Source: Camelus ferus
Lineage: Eukaryota
Direction: 5' to 3'
Assembly (NCBI RefSeq): GCF_009834535.1
Contig: NC_045697.1
Coordinates: forward strand, 94,924,001 to 94,988,000
Length of the DNA stretch: 64,000 bases
The position numbers and the translations under genes are program-made. Position 1 is the stretch's first letter, and every line of letters begins with the position of its first letter. This document shows positions 28,011 to 42,539 of the stretch, in pieces. The notes under the pieces were generated by a model. That model did not search any database and was not told the origin of the DNA. It saw only the letters and a program-made list of their open reading frames with translations.

Positions 28011-30624
28011 GGGAGAAAGAATGATACTCTCTGTTCTTAGATGTTAACACAGTGGCTTTATGTAAGTGATTTTACATAGGTCTGTAGGGAATTTACTAAA
28101 CCTTTCAAGAAAAGGATTGAACAGATTTTATAATTCTCAGTTTCCTTCTCATGGTATAAAAGAAAAACTCCTTTAAGAGAAATAAAGACAAATTATGGCC
28201 AAGTTTTAAAAACCCATTCTTTAAACTTATCTTTATAATACCCAGAAAATTATATGACTAGGAAAATAAATTTCTATCAATCTGGAGACCAAAAAATAAA
28301 AACTGAACATAAAGAGAATCTAGGAGAATATCATAGTAAGTCAATACTGACAGCACTAGCTAAGGAAACTGTCAGTGGCCAAAATCTGCTCTATTGGCTC
28401 TGCAGGTAGGTTTTTTAGAAAACAAGGGAGTAATTTATCGATACCTGTTGGGATTCTTTTGGCACCAAGATTGATTATAAGTGAGCAGGGACAATCTAGA
28501 TATCATGTTTGTTCTCTAATACCAGAAAAAAAATTTTTATAATTCAAGTATAAATAAATAAAAATGTGTCTTGAAAATCGTATGTTAAAGTTTGATATTA
28601 TTGTTGTTCTTCCTCCACAAATACATGTATTATAGGATAGGAAAACAACCTGACAAATATTCATTCTTTATTTCACCACCACATAATATAGTTGTAATGA
28701 GAAATATCAGCCAATAGTTGAATCAATATTGTCAGAGGCAGTAAAGAGATACAATCCTGTGATACTGCATCAATATGTAGGAATATAAAACTTGAGAAAC
28801 TGAGAAATACCAACACTATAGAGAAAAATGAAAATGATAAAAAATATTAAAATATAAGAAAGGAGATTGAAAAATATCAAATAACAATAATGTTTCCCAA
28901 AATAAAACAAAATACTGTAGGTTAAAAAGCACCAGTTAAGTTGTGAAAGCATTTTTTGTTATGTCAAACCTATCTTCAAAACTAGGCATCTTGTTTGTCT
29001 TCTCCTCTTATTCATCATAAAAGTAAAAGGCTGTCAAAAGGCTTACAAAGCTGTATGCAATCTGGGCCCTTGTATCTCTGAACTCCTCTCTTATTATTAT
29101 CCTGCTTTTGCATCCACTAAAGACATCGTGGTCTGTTGCTGTTCTTTGGAACATGCTTCAGGTCTTTTGCATAAGCTATCTCCTCTGTCCAGTTCCTTCT
29201 ACATGTATTCATGTGGCTTACTTTCCTACCTCCTTCAGATTTTAGCTCAAATATAAAAGCCTAATTTGAGTATTCATAAGAGTCACTGTTACAAAATCTT
29301 TAGATTCCAACAATTCATAAATTAAAAATTTGCCAAATAAATTAGAGTCCAGAAAGCCTTGAGAAAGACAAATGAATAAACAGAAAACAATTAGAATTGA
29401 AAAAAAAAAAACTCAAGAAAACAAGCATGCACATTCTCTGTCTTTCTTTAGTCTTCCTTATAGCATTCTCAAAAAACTAGGAATGTTTATCTCATGTAAT
29501 CACATAAGGAAAACTTTAAAAGGGAAGTTGTATCTAGGCTTCAAGGTAATACAAATTCCTGGGAAACCAAAATTTAAACTTAGAGTTCAATGTACAAATT
29601 GGACATTGTGAGGAATAAGGTGATAATTTAAATTCTAATAACATTTGACTCACATTAATTGCAGTGAGTTTCTGAACCCAATGTGATATTTTCATCAATC
29701 CCTAAATGTGTAAGTGGAATGGGATATTTGGCACATAGCAGGACTCCCATCTTGGTTCCTTGATTTGAAGTCGAGTCAACTTATGATAGGATGAACACAC
29801 TCATAATAATAAAAACAACTTTTTGCTATTTTCCATTGAGGGAGTTGAAGATTTGGGTGAACTTCAAAAATTTGAAAGATAGCCCTATGATTCATAGCAT
29901 ATTCCTATTTTTGACTACTTTGATTACTATAAAAGACTAATAAATCTTTAATAATCAATTACTATAAAGTTATCATTTAATATGTCCAGTTGTAACTGCT
30001 ATCCACATGTATTCTGATTATTAGAGCATTCAAATATATTCCTTGGCAATTGGTATGCTTTTATTGATCAGCAATTACATTTTCAATGGAACATAAGTTA
30101 AAACACAGTAGCTTGCTTTTAACTGGCAGAAAATGCCCCAGGGATTTTCTACATGTGGGATATATCAGCCCATTACGTCTGTGACATAACAGAGTTTTTA
30201 TAAATCTTATCTGATTCATTATTCTGCAGAATGTCATACTATTCCACTATATTGTTAATATCATGTTGAGCTATAATAATACTAATAGCAATGCCAACTA
30301 ATATGTATTGTTTATGTATGTTAATATTCTCTGTAAATTTTCATTATAAACTCTACAAAAGAGTTAATATTATATTCATCATTTTATAATAGAGGAGAAA
30401 AAGTCACAGGGCTGTTAAGTAACTTGTCCCCACTCACAGCTAAGAAGGTGCGGAGCGGGATTTAGCTCCAGGCAGTTTGATGCCTGAACACTTATTCACT
30501 GTGATTAACTACTAGTTGAGGCAGGATTAGCAAACTCTATTTATACCTTAATAGATGCACACATGAGAGAAAAAGGAAGATGTATTTCTTGAAAATGTAA
30601 GTACTCTCAGTGGTCCAGAGCATA

Positions 30625-31090
30625 TGTACTTGTTTTCTGTTGCTGTGTGACAAATTGCCACCAACTTAGAAGCTTAAAAGAACACAAATTTATTATGTGA
30701 TAGTTTCCATGGGTCAGAAGTCTGGGAATGGCTTTTCTGGATCTTCTACTTACTATCTTACCAGGCTGAAATGAAGGTGCCTAGACATTACTGTGATTCT
30801 CATCAGAGCCTTAGGGTCCTCTTCCAAGCCCACTGGTTTTCAGCAGAAGTCATCTCCTTGCTGCTGTCTGACTGATCTCTGTTTCTTGCTAGATGCCAGG
30901 CAGTTAATGTTATTAGGTCCTAGAGGCTACCTGCAGTTCTTGGCCACATGGCCCCAATAGTCAGTTCACAACCTGGTTACTGCCTTCCTTCAGGCCAACA
31001 GGAAAGACCCTCCCAGACTCTTTCTCTGCACTTGTCTGGGGAAAACTCTTTACTTTTAAATGCCTCTCTTGACTGGGTTAGAACCACAAC
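30625..31090 (-). mobile_element. MLT1D/E-like LTR nested in ERVL
   Basis: tgctgtgtgacaaattgccaccaacttagaagcttaaaagaacacaaatttatta...gggtcagaagtctgg. Confidence 0.8.
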
Positions 31091-31200
31091 TTTGGCATAG
31101 AATGCTCTCAACACTCACAAGTTCCATCCACAGTAATCTGAAAGTGTTGATGGTGAATCGATATCATATGGAACACACTGATAAGAGTACCACAGCAAGT

Positions 31201-34200
31201 AGGAGAGGAGATCAAGATGGAGGAGTCGGGGAACTCAGAGCTCGCCTCCCCCCACTAACATCTCAAAAGTGCATCTACATGTGGAGCAATTCTCACTGAA
31301 AACTAACTGGAGACTGGGAAGACTGCAGAAAGACTCTTGTACAACCAAGGCTGCAAGAAAGATCCACATGGAATTGGAAAGGAAGGAAAGATAAGTGATC
31401 AGATTGGAACCTGTGCCCTGAAGACCAGGGGATATCAAGGCTCAGAGACCCTCCCTGGGGAGTGAGCAGTTGAAGCCACATATATGGTGCCCCAGCCTTG
31501 GAATATGACACTAGAAGAAAAGTGCCCATAGCTGGTTTGACAACCAGTAGGACTAACATCAAGTCCGTAAGAAACATAGACTCTTCTCAAGATGAGTGTG
31601 CACACACTTGCTGAATCCTAAAACAAGGAGGAGTCCTGTGAAACTGCTCAGGACTCTGGCCAGTTCCCTTGACCCCCTAGTGTGTGTCCCAGCCTAAGCT
31701 GAATGCCTTCTTTGGCTCCACTTGCTCCGTGTCTCAGCTCCACACTAGGGCAAGGGCTGCTGCAGCCAATGGGTGTGCTCAATTGTTAGGAACAGAGCCA
31801 ACTCAGACCCATAACAATATCTCAATGGAGTGGTTTCAGCCATTACTGGCATTTACAGAGACAGCACATCTAGAGTGGTCCAGGACTCTGACTAGGGCTA
31901 GGACTGCCACAGCCCACACCCCAACACATGCTGAGCACTGAGTCCAGCCCCTCCTTGCTCCAGAACTGTTCTTCTCTGGGTATGAGGGTGCCAGTGCTGA
32001 GAAGGGACAGAGCAAATGCTAGGAGGGAATGGAGTCAGTGTGGACCAAATCTTCAAAGCTTCTGCTCAAGTAACTTGAGATGCACCCACAGGAGGGTGGT
32101 ATTGGCCAATGAGCAGAGGAGAAGCCCCGGCTTGGCTCTCGTCCCTCCATCTTCAGCCCAACCTCATACCAAGGTGATAATTGCCAGCACACTTTGGGGG
32201 AAGATGTGAGTCTTGCTCACCTCAAATCCAGCTCTCCCACCAAAGCCTTTAAGCAAACACAAACTATATAGGTATGCTCCCACACAAAGACATCCTTCAA
32301 GACTGGAATACGTAACTGTTTCACCAAATTTCCTAGAGACAGAGAACTTTAAGAAAAGTGGGAAGAGAGAAGGAATTTGTTTCAATTGAAAGAACAAGAG
32401 AAAATACCTGAAAAAACAACTAATGAAACAGAAATAAATAATTTACCAAATAAAGAGTTCAGAGCATTAGTAGCAAGAATGCTAACTGCATTAGGGAAAG
32501 AAATAGATGAACACAGTGAGAATTTTAAAAAGGAACTATAAAATATAAAAAAGAACCAGTCAGAACTGAAGGTTATAGTAACTGAAATGAAAGACTAGAA
32601 AGAATGAATCAGTGTGAAACGTCACATTAATGAAGAATAAAAACTATATAATCATCTCAATAGATGCAGAAAAAGCTTTTGACAAAATTCATTCCATCTA
32701 TGATAAAAGCTCTCTAGAAACTGGACATAGAGAAAACATACCTAAACATAATAAAGGCCACATATCACAAGCTCACAGCTAACACCACACTCAACAGAGA
32801 AAAGCTGAAAGCATTTCCTGTAAGATTAGGAACAAGCAAGGATGCTCACTCTCACCACTTTTATTCAATATAGTTTTAAAAGTCCTAGCTACAGCAATCA
32901 GAGCAGAAAAAGAAATAAAAGGAATCCAAATTGAAAGGAAGAAGTAAAACTGTCACTGTTTGCAGATGACATAACATGGTACGTAGAAAATCCTACAGAT
33001 GCCACAAAAAAACTGCTAGAGCTCATCAATGAATTTGGCAAAGTTGCAGGATACAAAATTAGTATACAGAAATTGGTTGCTTTCCTATCCACTAATAATA
33101 CTATCAGAAAGAGAAAGGAAGAAAACAATCCCATTTAAAATTGCAACACAAAAGAATAAAATACTTAGGAATTAACCAAAACGGCAAAAGAACTACACTC
33201 TGAAAATTATAAACATTGATGAAAGAAACTAAAGATGATACAAAGAAATGGAAAGATATAACATGTTCATAGATTGAAAGAATTAATATTGTTAATATGA
33301 CCATACTACCCAAAACACTCTACATATTTAATGTAACGTCTGTCAAAATACCTGTAACATTTTCCAAAGAACTAGAACACATAATCCTAAAATATATATG
33401 GAACCACAAAAGACCCCAAATTGCTGAAGCAATCTTGTGGAAAAAGAACAAAGCTGGAGGTAACATACTCCCTGACTTCAGACTATGCTACAAATCTATA
33501 ATTAATCAAAACATCACGACACTGGCATAAAAACAAACATGCAGATCCATGGAAAAGAACTGAGAGCCCAGAAACAAACCTACATACTTATGATCATTAA
33601 TCTATAACAAAGGAGGCAAGAATAGGCAATAGAGAAAAGACAGTCTCTTCAATAAGCAGTGCTGAGAAAACTGGACAACTACATGTAAAAGAATAAAATT
33701 AGAACATTTTCTCACACCATATACAAAAATAAACTCAAAATGAATTAAAGATCTAAAAGTCAGTCCTAAAACCATAAAACTCCTAGAACATAGGCAGAAT
33801 ACTCTTTGACATATACTGCAGCAATATTTTTTTTGGATCTGTCTCCTAAGGCAAAAGAATAAAAGCAAAAATAAACAAATAGAACCTAATTGAAATTAAA
33901 AAATTTTGCTCAGCAAAGTTAACCATTGACAAAATGAAAAGAAAATCCATTGAATGGGAGAAAATATTTGCAAATGATATGACCAATAAGGGGTTAAGTG
34001 GCTGTCAAAATGGCCAACATCAAAAAAAAATCTATAAATAACAAATTTTGGCAAGGATGTAGAGAAAAGGGAACACTAGTACACTGTTGGTGGTGTAAGT
34101 TGGTTCAGCCAGAATGGAAGTTCCTCAAGAAAATCAAAATAGAACTACCATATGATCCAACAATTCCACTTGCACACTAATTAGCCAAGACATGGAAGTG

Positions 34201-34655
34201 CCTACCAATGGATGAATGGAGGAAGAAGATAAGCATAAAAAAGAAAGAAATTCTTCCATTTGCCACAACATCGATGGACCTAGAGGGCATTTTGCTAAAT
34301 GAAATAAGCCAGACAAAGGAAGACAAATACTGTGTGTTATTACTTGTATGTGGAATCTTAAAAATAAAACAAATGAATGAATATAGTAAAATAGAAACAG
34401 ATTCACGGATAGAGAAAACATACTGGTGGTTACCAGTGGGGAGAGGGAGGTTAGGGTTGAGGCAGAATGGGAGTAAGAGATTGAGAAGTACAAACTACTG
34501 TATATAAAATGGACAGGCTACATGGATGTCTTTTACAGCAGAGGTAAATATAGCCATTATTTTGTAGTGATGTTAAATGACGTACAATCTACAAAAATGT
34601 TCATTTGCTATGTTGTTCACCTGAAACTAATAATATGCTATAAATCAATTCTAAA
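31201..34655 (+). mobile_element. L1 with both ends and a large internal ORF1-ORF2 deletion
   Basis: 5' end ggagatcaagatggaggag; ORF1 start ~32360-32600; ORF2 RT/C-terminal region from ~32610 (atctcaatagatgcagaaaaagcttttgacaaaatt); 3'UTR; degenerate TSD aagagtaccacagcaagt / aagagagatcatagcaagt. Confidence 0.92.
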
Positions 34656-35329
34656 AAGAGAGATCATAGCAAGTAATCCTGAGATTTGGATTTTTTAAAG
34701 TGTCTCTTTAATACAGACTATTATTAATTTAATAAGGAGCATTAAAAAACAGAATGAAAGAAAAACAATACTTGCCATTCAAGAAGAACTGAGTATGTGG
34801 ACTCCTGGACACCAAGTAACTTTGGGATATAAGTATACATTATGTTCTCAGTGCTTTTTGATCTGCCTAATCATAAATTTGGGCATGACCAAAAGTACTC
34901 CAACATTTTGTGGCAACAGTATATATGAAACAGTCCCTAACAGAGCCTGAAGGTACAAATGAGTAATATAAATAGGTTTATTGCACTCTCAGGATACCAT
35001 ATTCTGTTGGAGCACCTTCCCTTACTCAGTCTCAGACTATAAATAATTTCCAATAACCAGATAACCAAGAATTAAAAATTGCAAATATAATACATACTAC
35101 ATGTATGTTTCTATTCTGTAAGTCAGTGCTACTTAGGAAGAGGCAACTCTGACTTTCTCTCTCAGGAGGACTGTGGCCATGAATGGAGAAGGGAGATTCA
35201 TATAAGAGGCAGAATTCTGAGACCTCTGGATCTAGACAGAGTAATGCCTAGAGTAAGAATCTACGTTGATTCCTGTGCAATGGTTTGGTTGGATAACATG
35301 AAGAGAAAATGATTAACTAATTAGTCACT

Positions 35330-35870
35330 GAACACAATATGGAAGGATCTCAAAAACAAAATTGAGCTAAAGAAGTCAAGTACAAAAAGGAAACTACTAT
35401 TTGATTTTATTTACATAAAGTTCAAAACCATGCAAAAGCAATCCATGATAGTAGAAATCAGGAGAGCTGTTACTCTTGTGTGTATAGAAACTAGAAAAAA
35501 AACATAATTAGGAGTTTGGGATTAACAGACACACATTACTATATATAAAACAGATAAACAACAAGGACCTACTGTATAGCACAGAGAACCATATTCAATT
35601 TCTTATAATAAGCTGTTATGAAAAAGAATCTGACAAAATATATATGTATGGATATTTATAACTGAATTTCTCTGCTGTATTGCGAACATTGTAAATTGAC
35701 TACAGTTCAACAAAAAATAAGAAATTTTTAAAAAGCATATAGGAGACCTTCTGAAGTATGTGTAATATTTTATTTCTTGAACCCAGTGCTGTTTACACAG
35801 ATGTGTCCGATTTGTGAAAACGCTATGAGCTGCTCCCAGATGGTTTGAGTGGTATAATGAATGTATGTAA
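35330..35870 (+). mobile_element. L1M 3' fragment with nested younger L1 3' end (~35510-35730)
   Basis: aaacaacaaggacctactgtatagcacagagaaccatattcaa. Confidence 0.8.
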
Positions 35871-37509
35871 CTATTAAATTAAAGTCAAACAATTTAAATA
35901 AATAATTGGTCCCAAGAAATTTTTTACGAAAAGCCTGTACTTGGAATTCCGGGAATGGCCCAGAACATTTATAGTAGATTTACCCCTACTATAGAAAAAT
36001 ACCTTAATAATCAAGTATACAAGATAACAGACTTTTAAAACATCAGTTATCTTCTTTCCCAGGTATCCCAGAATTTGCATAATGAGCTCACAATTAAAAT
36101 ATGCATGGTGGTAGGGAGGAACTTTAAAAAATAGTTTTCCTCTTTTTAGGTGACATAGCCACAGACACACGAATGTACAAATATTAGTAAAAATAATTAA
36201 ATCCTATTCCTCAATATAGCTCCATACCTTTCGTGAATAGCCAGCTGCATAGTGGCTTCACCCACAGGGCTATGGTAAAGATTTTTCTTTAACAGACAGA
36301 AATTTATTTGAAATGTGGATATGTTTTTAAGACTAATTATGCTTGGTCAGGGACCATCAACCTTGGATAACTAAATGACTCATAAATTAACATACAATTC
36401 TTCAATTAAGACATTTTCTTGAAGTAAAAGAAACAATGCATCGGTAACTATCAGTTTCGCTGTCCCAATGACAGACACAACTGGCTTTATTAAAAATTTA
36501 ATGTAGATTCATCTCTAGCTCCAGAAGAAAGACAACACCCCATGAAGTTGTCTTTTCTGTACAATGATGCTACTTATAATCTAAACCCATGACAAATATT
36601 TGTTGCTCTCCTTTCTTTAGCCATGATGCTAAATCTATGAACTGATGAATCCAGAAAATAAAGGATAGAAGAACAGTAGGTTTTGGTACTTCCACTCTTA
36701 CATCTAATATTACACCTCAAAATCTTGTTTTCTGTGCTGTAAAATGATAGCCTGTGGTGTACCCGTTCCCATTTTTTTTTAATCCAACAAAACAATATTT
36801 CTACAAGCCTATCTTCTTGATGCTCCTGGCGATGGAACAGGGTTACATGTTTTGCTAGAACGACTAACCTCGTAATCAAGAAGAGGAGGGAGATATTGCT
36901 AACAGAAACATGAGTGGAATCCAGGGAACAGTCTGGGATGTTTCCATGTACATACCTACTAATAATTAAAATAGACTAATAATTTAAAAAGACAATAAGG
37001 TGGGATAATAGGGTCCTTGGAGGCTCAAATATCAAGGAATGGATAACTTAGTTAAACCCACAATATAAAAAATAAATATAACCTGAGAATACTCTGGCCA
37101 AAGATAAAAATGTATGAAATAGAAATTAGGAATAAATCAGGGACAAATTCATTTCTCATGATCATTTGCAGCACTGCTTACTCTATTACATTTATTTCCT
37201 TTCTTTCTCTTGCTTTTGGCCACTATTGAATATAGTATGTTGGTTTATTCCATAAATCACAGAATATTGAGAGGCTACAGCAGGAGAAATAGACATGACC
37301 CAGAGAACATAGGTATCATTTTTGGAAGCAGTAGGCCAAAATCACTTCTGGTTTTCTCTAACTGTAAATGGAGTAAGATCATTTTCAGTTGAATGTTTCT
37401 AAAACAGGAACATTTTAGGGACTGTATATTTAGAAAAAAGGACTGAGTTAGTACTTGCCTACTTAGTACATGCCTTACTTGGACAGGTAAGGCATGTATG
37501 ATGATTTCT

Positions 37510-37907
37510 ATTGTTTTTGCTTGCCTATTACCCCTTCTTTCCCTAGGAACAGATCCCAATCTCTATGGCAACCGAGAGAGGTGATGTACACTGACTCAAA
37601 TCAAAATATCTCAAGCCCCCAACACTCAGATAATATTCACCCTTGTGAATATTAATATATAATGAAGAGGCTGAGGCCGTAATTTATTAAATTACATTAT
37701 TTTAAGGCTGCATCTTGCTGAGAATGCCCTGAACTCCTGCTGTCAGTCTGCGCTGCCTTGATATGTCTTTCCTCAGACTGGGAAGTTTGGCTTTAGCTAC
37801 TTCTCTTCTATATAAATCCTCTGTTTGTTTATTTAACTTAGCTGAATTTGAGTCTTTTTTTTTTTTGGTTGTTGTTAATATTGCAACCAAAGAACATAAA
37901 TGGTACC
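37510..37907 (+). mobile_element. LTR16/LTR33-like ERVL LTR (probable 3' LTR of the provirus)
   Basis: 3' end tttaacttagctgaatttgagt...ttgcaaccaaagaac, directly downstream of integrase. Confidence 0.65.
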
Positions 37908-40044
37908 AAATAAAGCAACATCCCCAGAAGTTTGAGTTTAACATTTTTCAACAGAACAATTGCCAATGATTAGTTTTTTAAACATTTATGAAGGCAAAAA
38001 AAATTCTCAGAGACATAAATCTCACTGAAAGTTATTTTCTGTTTCACTGGAAGATAAATCAAAATTTGATGTCACTAATGGCAATCATTACATTGAAGTT
38101 TTCGTCCTCAAAATGGGAAACAATTTTAAATATTGAAATAAGTACACCTGATTTCATATATTAACTACAGTCCTAGTACAATAACTACAGTTATTGAGTA
38201 AATAAAAGCTATTCTACTTTTTCATTTACTTGGTCAGAAAATAAAGTGATTAATTAAATACACTAAATGTCAAGAATAAGGGTTATTAATATTGCTCCGA
38301 TAGAGGACTGATGGGGTACTTTAAGCATAAGAGTTCTTAGTTAGGAGTAAAGAAAGTCTTTCTAAAGGCCTAGCACAGTTGTAGGCACACAATGGGCGCT
38401 CAGTAAATATTTTCTGATTGTGTGAATGAGTTAATACAAATTAAAACTTATAGGAGTTTTTTCAGTAAGATATGATCAAACATACCTAAAATAAAAGATG
38501 GATTTGATAATCTAAGGAAAATAGATTAAAAGGAAATTATAAATTTAGAAGACAAATAATATTATTGAGAAAATAGTCATAGGTAATTTAAGAGAAATTA
38601 TCTTCAAAAATACACAATTCTATAATCCTTTCCCCTCTCAGACATTCACTGACAAACAGGAAATGGGTTTCATGTTATAAGAAAACAGTTGACAGAAATA
38701 TTGGAAAATTTTCTATCTGTTCTCTGATGTTCTATCAGTGTCAGAAAACGGAAATGCAAATTAAGCCAACAATAAGATGTGATTTTAAATGCTTTTAAAA
38801 ATAAAATTCCCAAATGATAATGAAGACAACATTGTTTTGGAAAGGATTTTAAATTTTTAAGAATTATCCTTTTTATTCCCTTTCCCTAGGCCTCCTCTAA
38901 GCATAATTCATTCTGCCTTCTAGAGTCTCTCCAATTTCTACTCTTTTCCACTGCCCACAGCTGCCACTTTAGCTTAGTTTAACAACATAGCTACCCAAAT
39001 TTCCACAACTACCTTCTATTTTGTCCTTCAGCCTCTGATCTTATTCCCCTTGATACCTTCTCCTCATTCAGCCACAAAGCAGTTTTGATCATGTCACACC
39101 TCCGTTTAAAACCACTGTAATAGCATCACCTTACCCTTACTTAAAGTCAAACTGATTAATATGTTTTCAAGACACTTCATTTACTTTTATGTTGCTGTTC
39201 AATTACTTATCCAACTTCATTTCCCCTTCTCCCCGTCCTTCAGCCCTATCTCCCATTCTACAACTCCCAAATCTAAGTCCAGGCTGCACAACCTTCCATC
39301 TCTCCGGATTCTAACTTACCTCTTGACCTTGGCCCAGATACTCTTTGCAAAACTTGCCTCCTTTAGTCTAACTGACCGTCTAACTGACCTCTAAATATCC
39401 TAGACATGGACTCAGTTTTTATATCAATCACTTACTCCGTCAGTACAACTAGTTCGCTTAGAAATCTGTAATTTCCCTGTCACAATATTGCTCTTTTTGG
39501 TATCTGCATGAAAATTATATTTGATGAATCAAAGAATCAAACAAAAATTCATTCAATGTGGAATATTTGGCACAGTATTATCAATCCTAGTAACCTTACC
39601 CAAAAGGTTCTGAGAGTAGAAAATAAGAACACAGTATGTATAGTTTATAATAGGGCGATATTAGAAAACGTCTAAAGGTTTAGACATAGGATATTAGGTA
39701 AATGCCTTAGGGTGGCAGTAGTCACTTGCTATTTGTGTTTACTTTCAAAATTAATTCTCCTAAAAACATCTCTCCTTTTTTATCATTATGGTTTATAAGG
39801 AATAGGCCTAACTCCCTCTCAAGGAGTAGACCATGATTGGTTTAAACTAATCAGCATATTCTATTCTTCTTGAACAATTAATTGGTCCACAAATCAACCA
39901 AGAAGTCATCTAGACCCAAAGTAAGTCTGAAAAATAATTGTTAAAGCCTCAGGAGAAGGAAAAATCTTTTTTCTTTTCTACTGGAAAATATTGAATGTTA
40001 TTATAGTTTAAGGATATGAGGTCTGATACAGAGGCATCAATTTT

Positions 40045-41580
40045 TAATTAAACTTTTAATAAGATAATCGTAGACTCACACAAAGTTACAAGAAATGATA
40101 GAGATCCCATGTGTCTTAGTGATAACAAAGTATCATATACTAGGTGCTTATAAACAACAGAAATATATTTCTCACGGTTCTGGAAGCTGAAGTCCAAGCT
40201 TAGGGTACCAGCACAGTTGAGTTCTGGTGAGAACTCTCTGCCAGGTTGCAGACTGATGACTTCTGGTTTTATACTCACATGGAAGAGAGCATAGAAAGGA
40301 AGCAAACTCTCTTGTGACTCCTATAAAGGCACTAATCCCACTCAGGAAGAGTCCACCCTCATGACCTCATCTAATCCTAATTACCTCCCAAAACCCTCAC
40401 CTCCTAACACCATCAAATTGGGGGTTAGAGTTTCAACATATGAATTAAAGGGAGAGGGCACAGACATTCAGTTCATAACATTATGCATCTTTTATGTAAT
40501 TTCCCCCAATGGCATTATCTTACAAAAAGACCAAATCATATCACAACCAAGAAATTGACATCGACAGAATTAAATTTATTGACTGGTTACATTACAGGCT
40601 TCTTGATGCTGTCCTTTTATAATCACACCAACTTCCCTCCTATCATAGCTCTCTGATACCATCCCTGACCCCTGGCAACCATTAACTATATTCTCCATTT
40701 CTATAGTTTTGTCAACCTAAGAAAGTTATGTGAATTGAATCATAAGCTTGGTAACCTTTTGAGATTAGCTTTTCCACTTGTCTTAATTCTCTGAAGGTTC
40801 ATCCAAATTGTTGAGTGTATCAGTAGTCCATTCATTTTTTACTGCTGAAGCTACTACAAACATTCATATACAGGTTTCTCGGTGAAAATAAATTTTCATT
40901 TCTCTGACATTAATGCCCCAAAGTACAAATGCTAGTTTGTACAGCAGTTAAACTTTTTTATAAGAACTGCCAAACTGGTTTTTGGAGTGGCTGAATCATT
41001 TTACATCTCCACCAGCAATGCATGAATAATCGAGTTTCTCTCAATCATTACTAGCATTAGTATTGTTATTATTTTAGCCTTTCTGAAAGGTATATAGTGC
41101 TATCTCATGATTTTAGTTTAAATTTCCCTGTTAGCAAATGATCTCAAACATCTTTTCATGTGGTTATTTGCCATCTGTATTCTTTTCAGTGAAACATCTT
41201 TTGCCCATTTTCCATTTGGTTTCTTCCTCCCTTTTTTCTTGCTTACTTTCTTCTTTCCTTTTCTTATTTTTTTTTCCTTTCTTTCATTCTTTTTTTTAAC
41301 CTTTGAATTGAGACTAGTCCTTTGTCTGTTAACTAGTTTGCAAATATTTTTCCCAATGTGTAGCTTGTCTTTTAACAGGGTCTTCCACAGAGCAGATGGT
41401 TTTAATTTTGAAGAGGCACAAGTTATCACAATTATTCCTTTTAAGAATCATGCTTTTGATATCAATTCTAAGAAATCTTTACCTACCCCTAGATTCCTAA
41501 GTTTGTCTCATTTTTCCTCTAAATGTTTTCTAGTTTTAAATTTAAGTACAAAATGTAGTTGGAGTTAATTTTTATATTAG
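40045..41580 (-). mobile_element. L1M 3' region with nested MLT1A-like LTR (~40110-40480)
   Basis: Antisense L1 phrases; MLT1A ctcatgacctcatctaatcctaattacctcccaaa. Confidence 0.85.
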
Positions 41581-42539
41581 GTACTCAAGCATCCGTTTTA
41601 GTCACAAATCATCTGTGGAAAGTTGGTGAAACAATGGGAGAACCTGTGAATGTGGCTGAGACTTCAAAGGATAGTGAAAATATTGCTTGTACCTACGTAT
41701 GAAGGTCATAAGCTAATGATTTTCTTTAAACAAGTTTGAGTTTTGTTTAAAATTAACCATAAAAGAATTCTAACATACCAGTATTTATACACAGACTTTT
41801 ACAATGACATTTGGAAGAAATATAAATTAATAAATAAATCATTACTGATGTAAAGAGAAATGTTTGTTAGAGGAAACAAGATATGTAACTATACATGTCG
41901 GATGATCACAACCCTGTGTCAAAAAACAAATATACAAAACTCCCACATAGACTAATTAGAAGGAAATAAGTGAAACATTTGCATGTCATTGGAGTTTAGG
42001 TGATGTTCCTTAATATAAATATTCTTTTTAAAAATATATGCATTTCCTAAATGTCATATTAGCAGCCCAGTCTTCAAAATACTAAAAAATATACATGAGA
42101 TAACAGACATATTTCACACCAGTTAGTATTTAAATAGTCTTTTACAGGTAAATGTATTTGTCCAAATAATTTATTTTAAATAAAAATCAAAGTAAAATAT
42201 CTAATTTTGGTATGCATGTCAAACATACGTGTGCAAAACTATACACATACATTTCTTTAGAACGAGAACATAATTTAATATGAACAAAGAACATGTTAAA
42301 AATATAAGGAAAATATGAAGGAAGACTATTCTTTATTTATTTGTATGAATTGTTAAAAAACAGTCATCAGAATCTTTAATTACTGTTCACTAATTTACCG
42401 TGAGTCATGTATCATTTCTCTTAATAATGTGCTTCAAAACATTTGATATTTTGTCTTAAGTTCAGAAATATTGAATCTTAAAGAAAATTCCAATTTTTGT
42501 TTTATTTAATCCAAACCAAGTATGTATTTTAAAATTATA

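Larger units (their letters stand above)
11626..28950 (+). pseudogene. Decayed FSIP2-like gene, segment B (N-terminal exons through most of giant exon; 3'-truncated)
   Basis: Exon-like blocks: 11626-11726 NLCLRSLTIAAKL..K|GT (ELYLGACSKPAKV); 13651-13847 LGKTDLESPL / MFINTQGE-KLLQP / QY*TVTD..RNILPNFK (QLLDLPL / VFYTTNFGEKLFRP / QYKSLHD..KDILKRLK); 14522-14637 ...RENFIEQ|GT (RNYIKEQ); 18102-18323 IFSALFINFANDL..CIYQK..FYP (IFSSPVYTNMQQNL..CLQEK..LYP). Giant-exon repeats: 25007-25060 ILSKFLIKEIICSQL (IASFIIKEIFNHHI); 25649-25780 SLEHCFAYEI*ICITFHDATEQLAKV*NIDSIHLNSEI*RNISK (SINRHFNKAKIHILYDDKEQAFFSFNTDIVDELATSVYRNALK); 28412-28459 FLENKGVIYRYLLGFF (LLEDMVYRLLGHVF). Confidence 0.7.
29480..37130 (+). 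mobile_element. Fragmented ERVL-class provirus internal region (pro/RT 29480-30270; RNase H 34680-35330; integrase 35880-37130)
   Basis: Degenerate translation: QNVILFHYIVNIML (QDITLVHYIDDIML), FDLPNHKFGHDQKYS (SDPPSHKVGRAQQHS), PRVRIYVDSCA (PDVRLYTDSWA), LNNQVYKIT (FNNQVDRMT), AHN*NMHGGRE (AHEQSGHGGRD). Confidence 0.85.

Noticed and set aside
31060..34507. Cluster of ORFs in the ORF track
   Set aside because: Fragments of L1 5'UTR/ORF2 or their antisense
35040..35160. IFAIFNSWLSG resembling FSIP2 VFVNFKCYLKG
   Set aside because: Antisense to the ERVL RNase H region
35874..36440. Minus-strand FSIP2-like motifs LQENVLIEEL and CTFV..KVPPYH (ORF 35874-36170) as a continuation of segment C
   Set aside because: The plus strand is clearly ERVL integrase; these are chance antisense matches and show that by-eye FSIP2 matching has a real false-positive rate
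37561..37572. RFX X-box-like ctatggcaac as a testis regulatory site
   Set aside because: Half-site only, inside an LTR, with no promoter context
37702..37944. 80-aa minus-strand ORF that looks exon-like
   Set aside because: Lies antisense within an LTR16/33-like LTR
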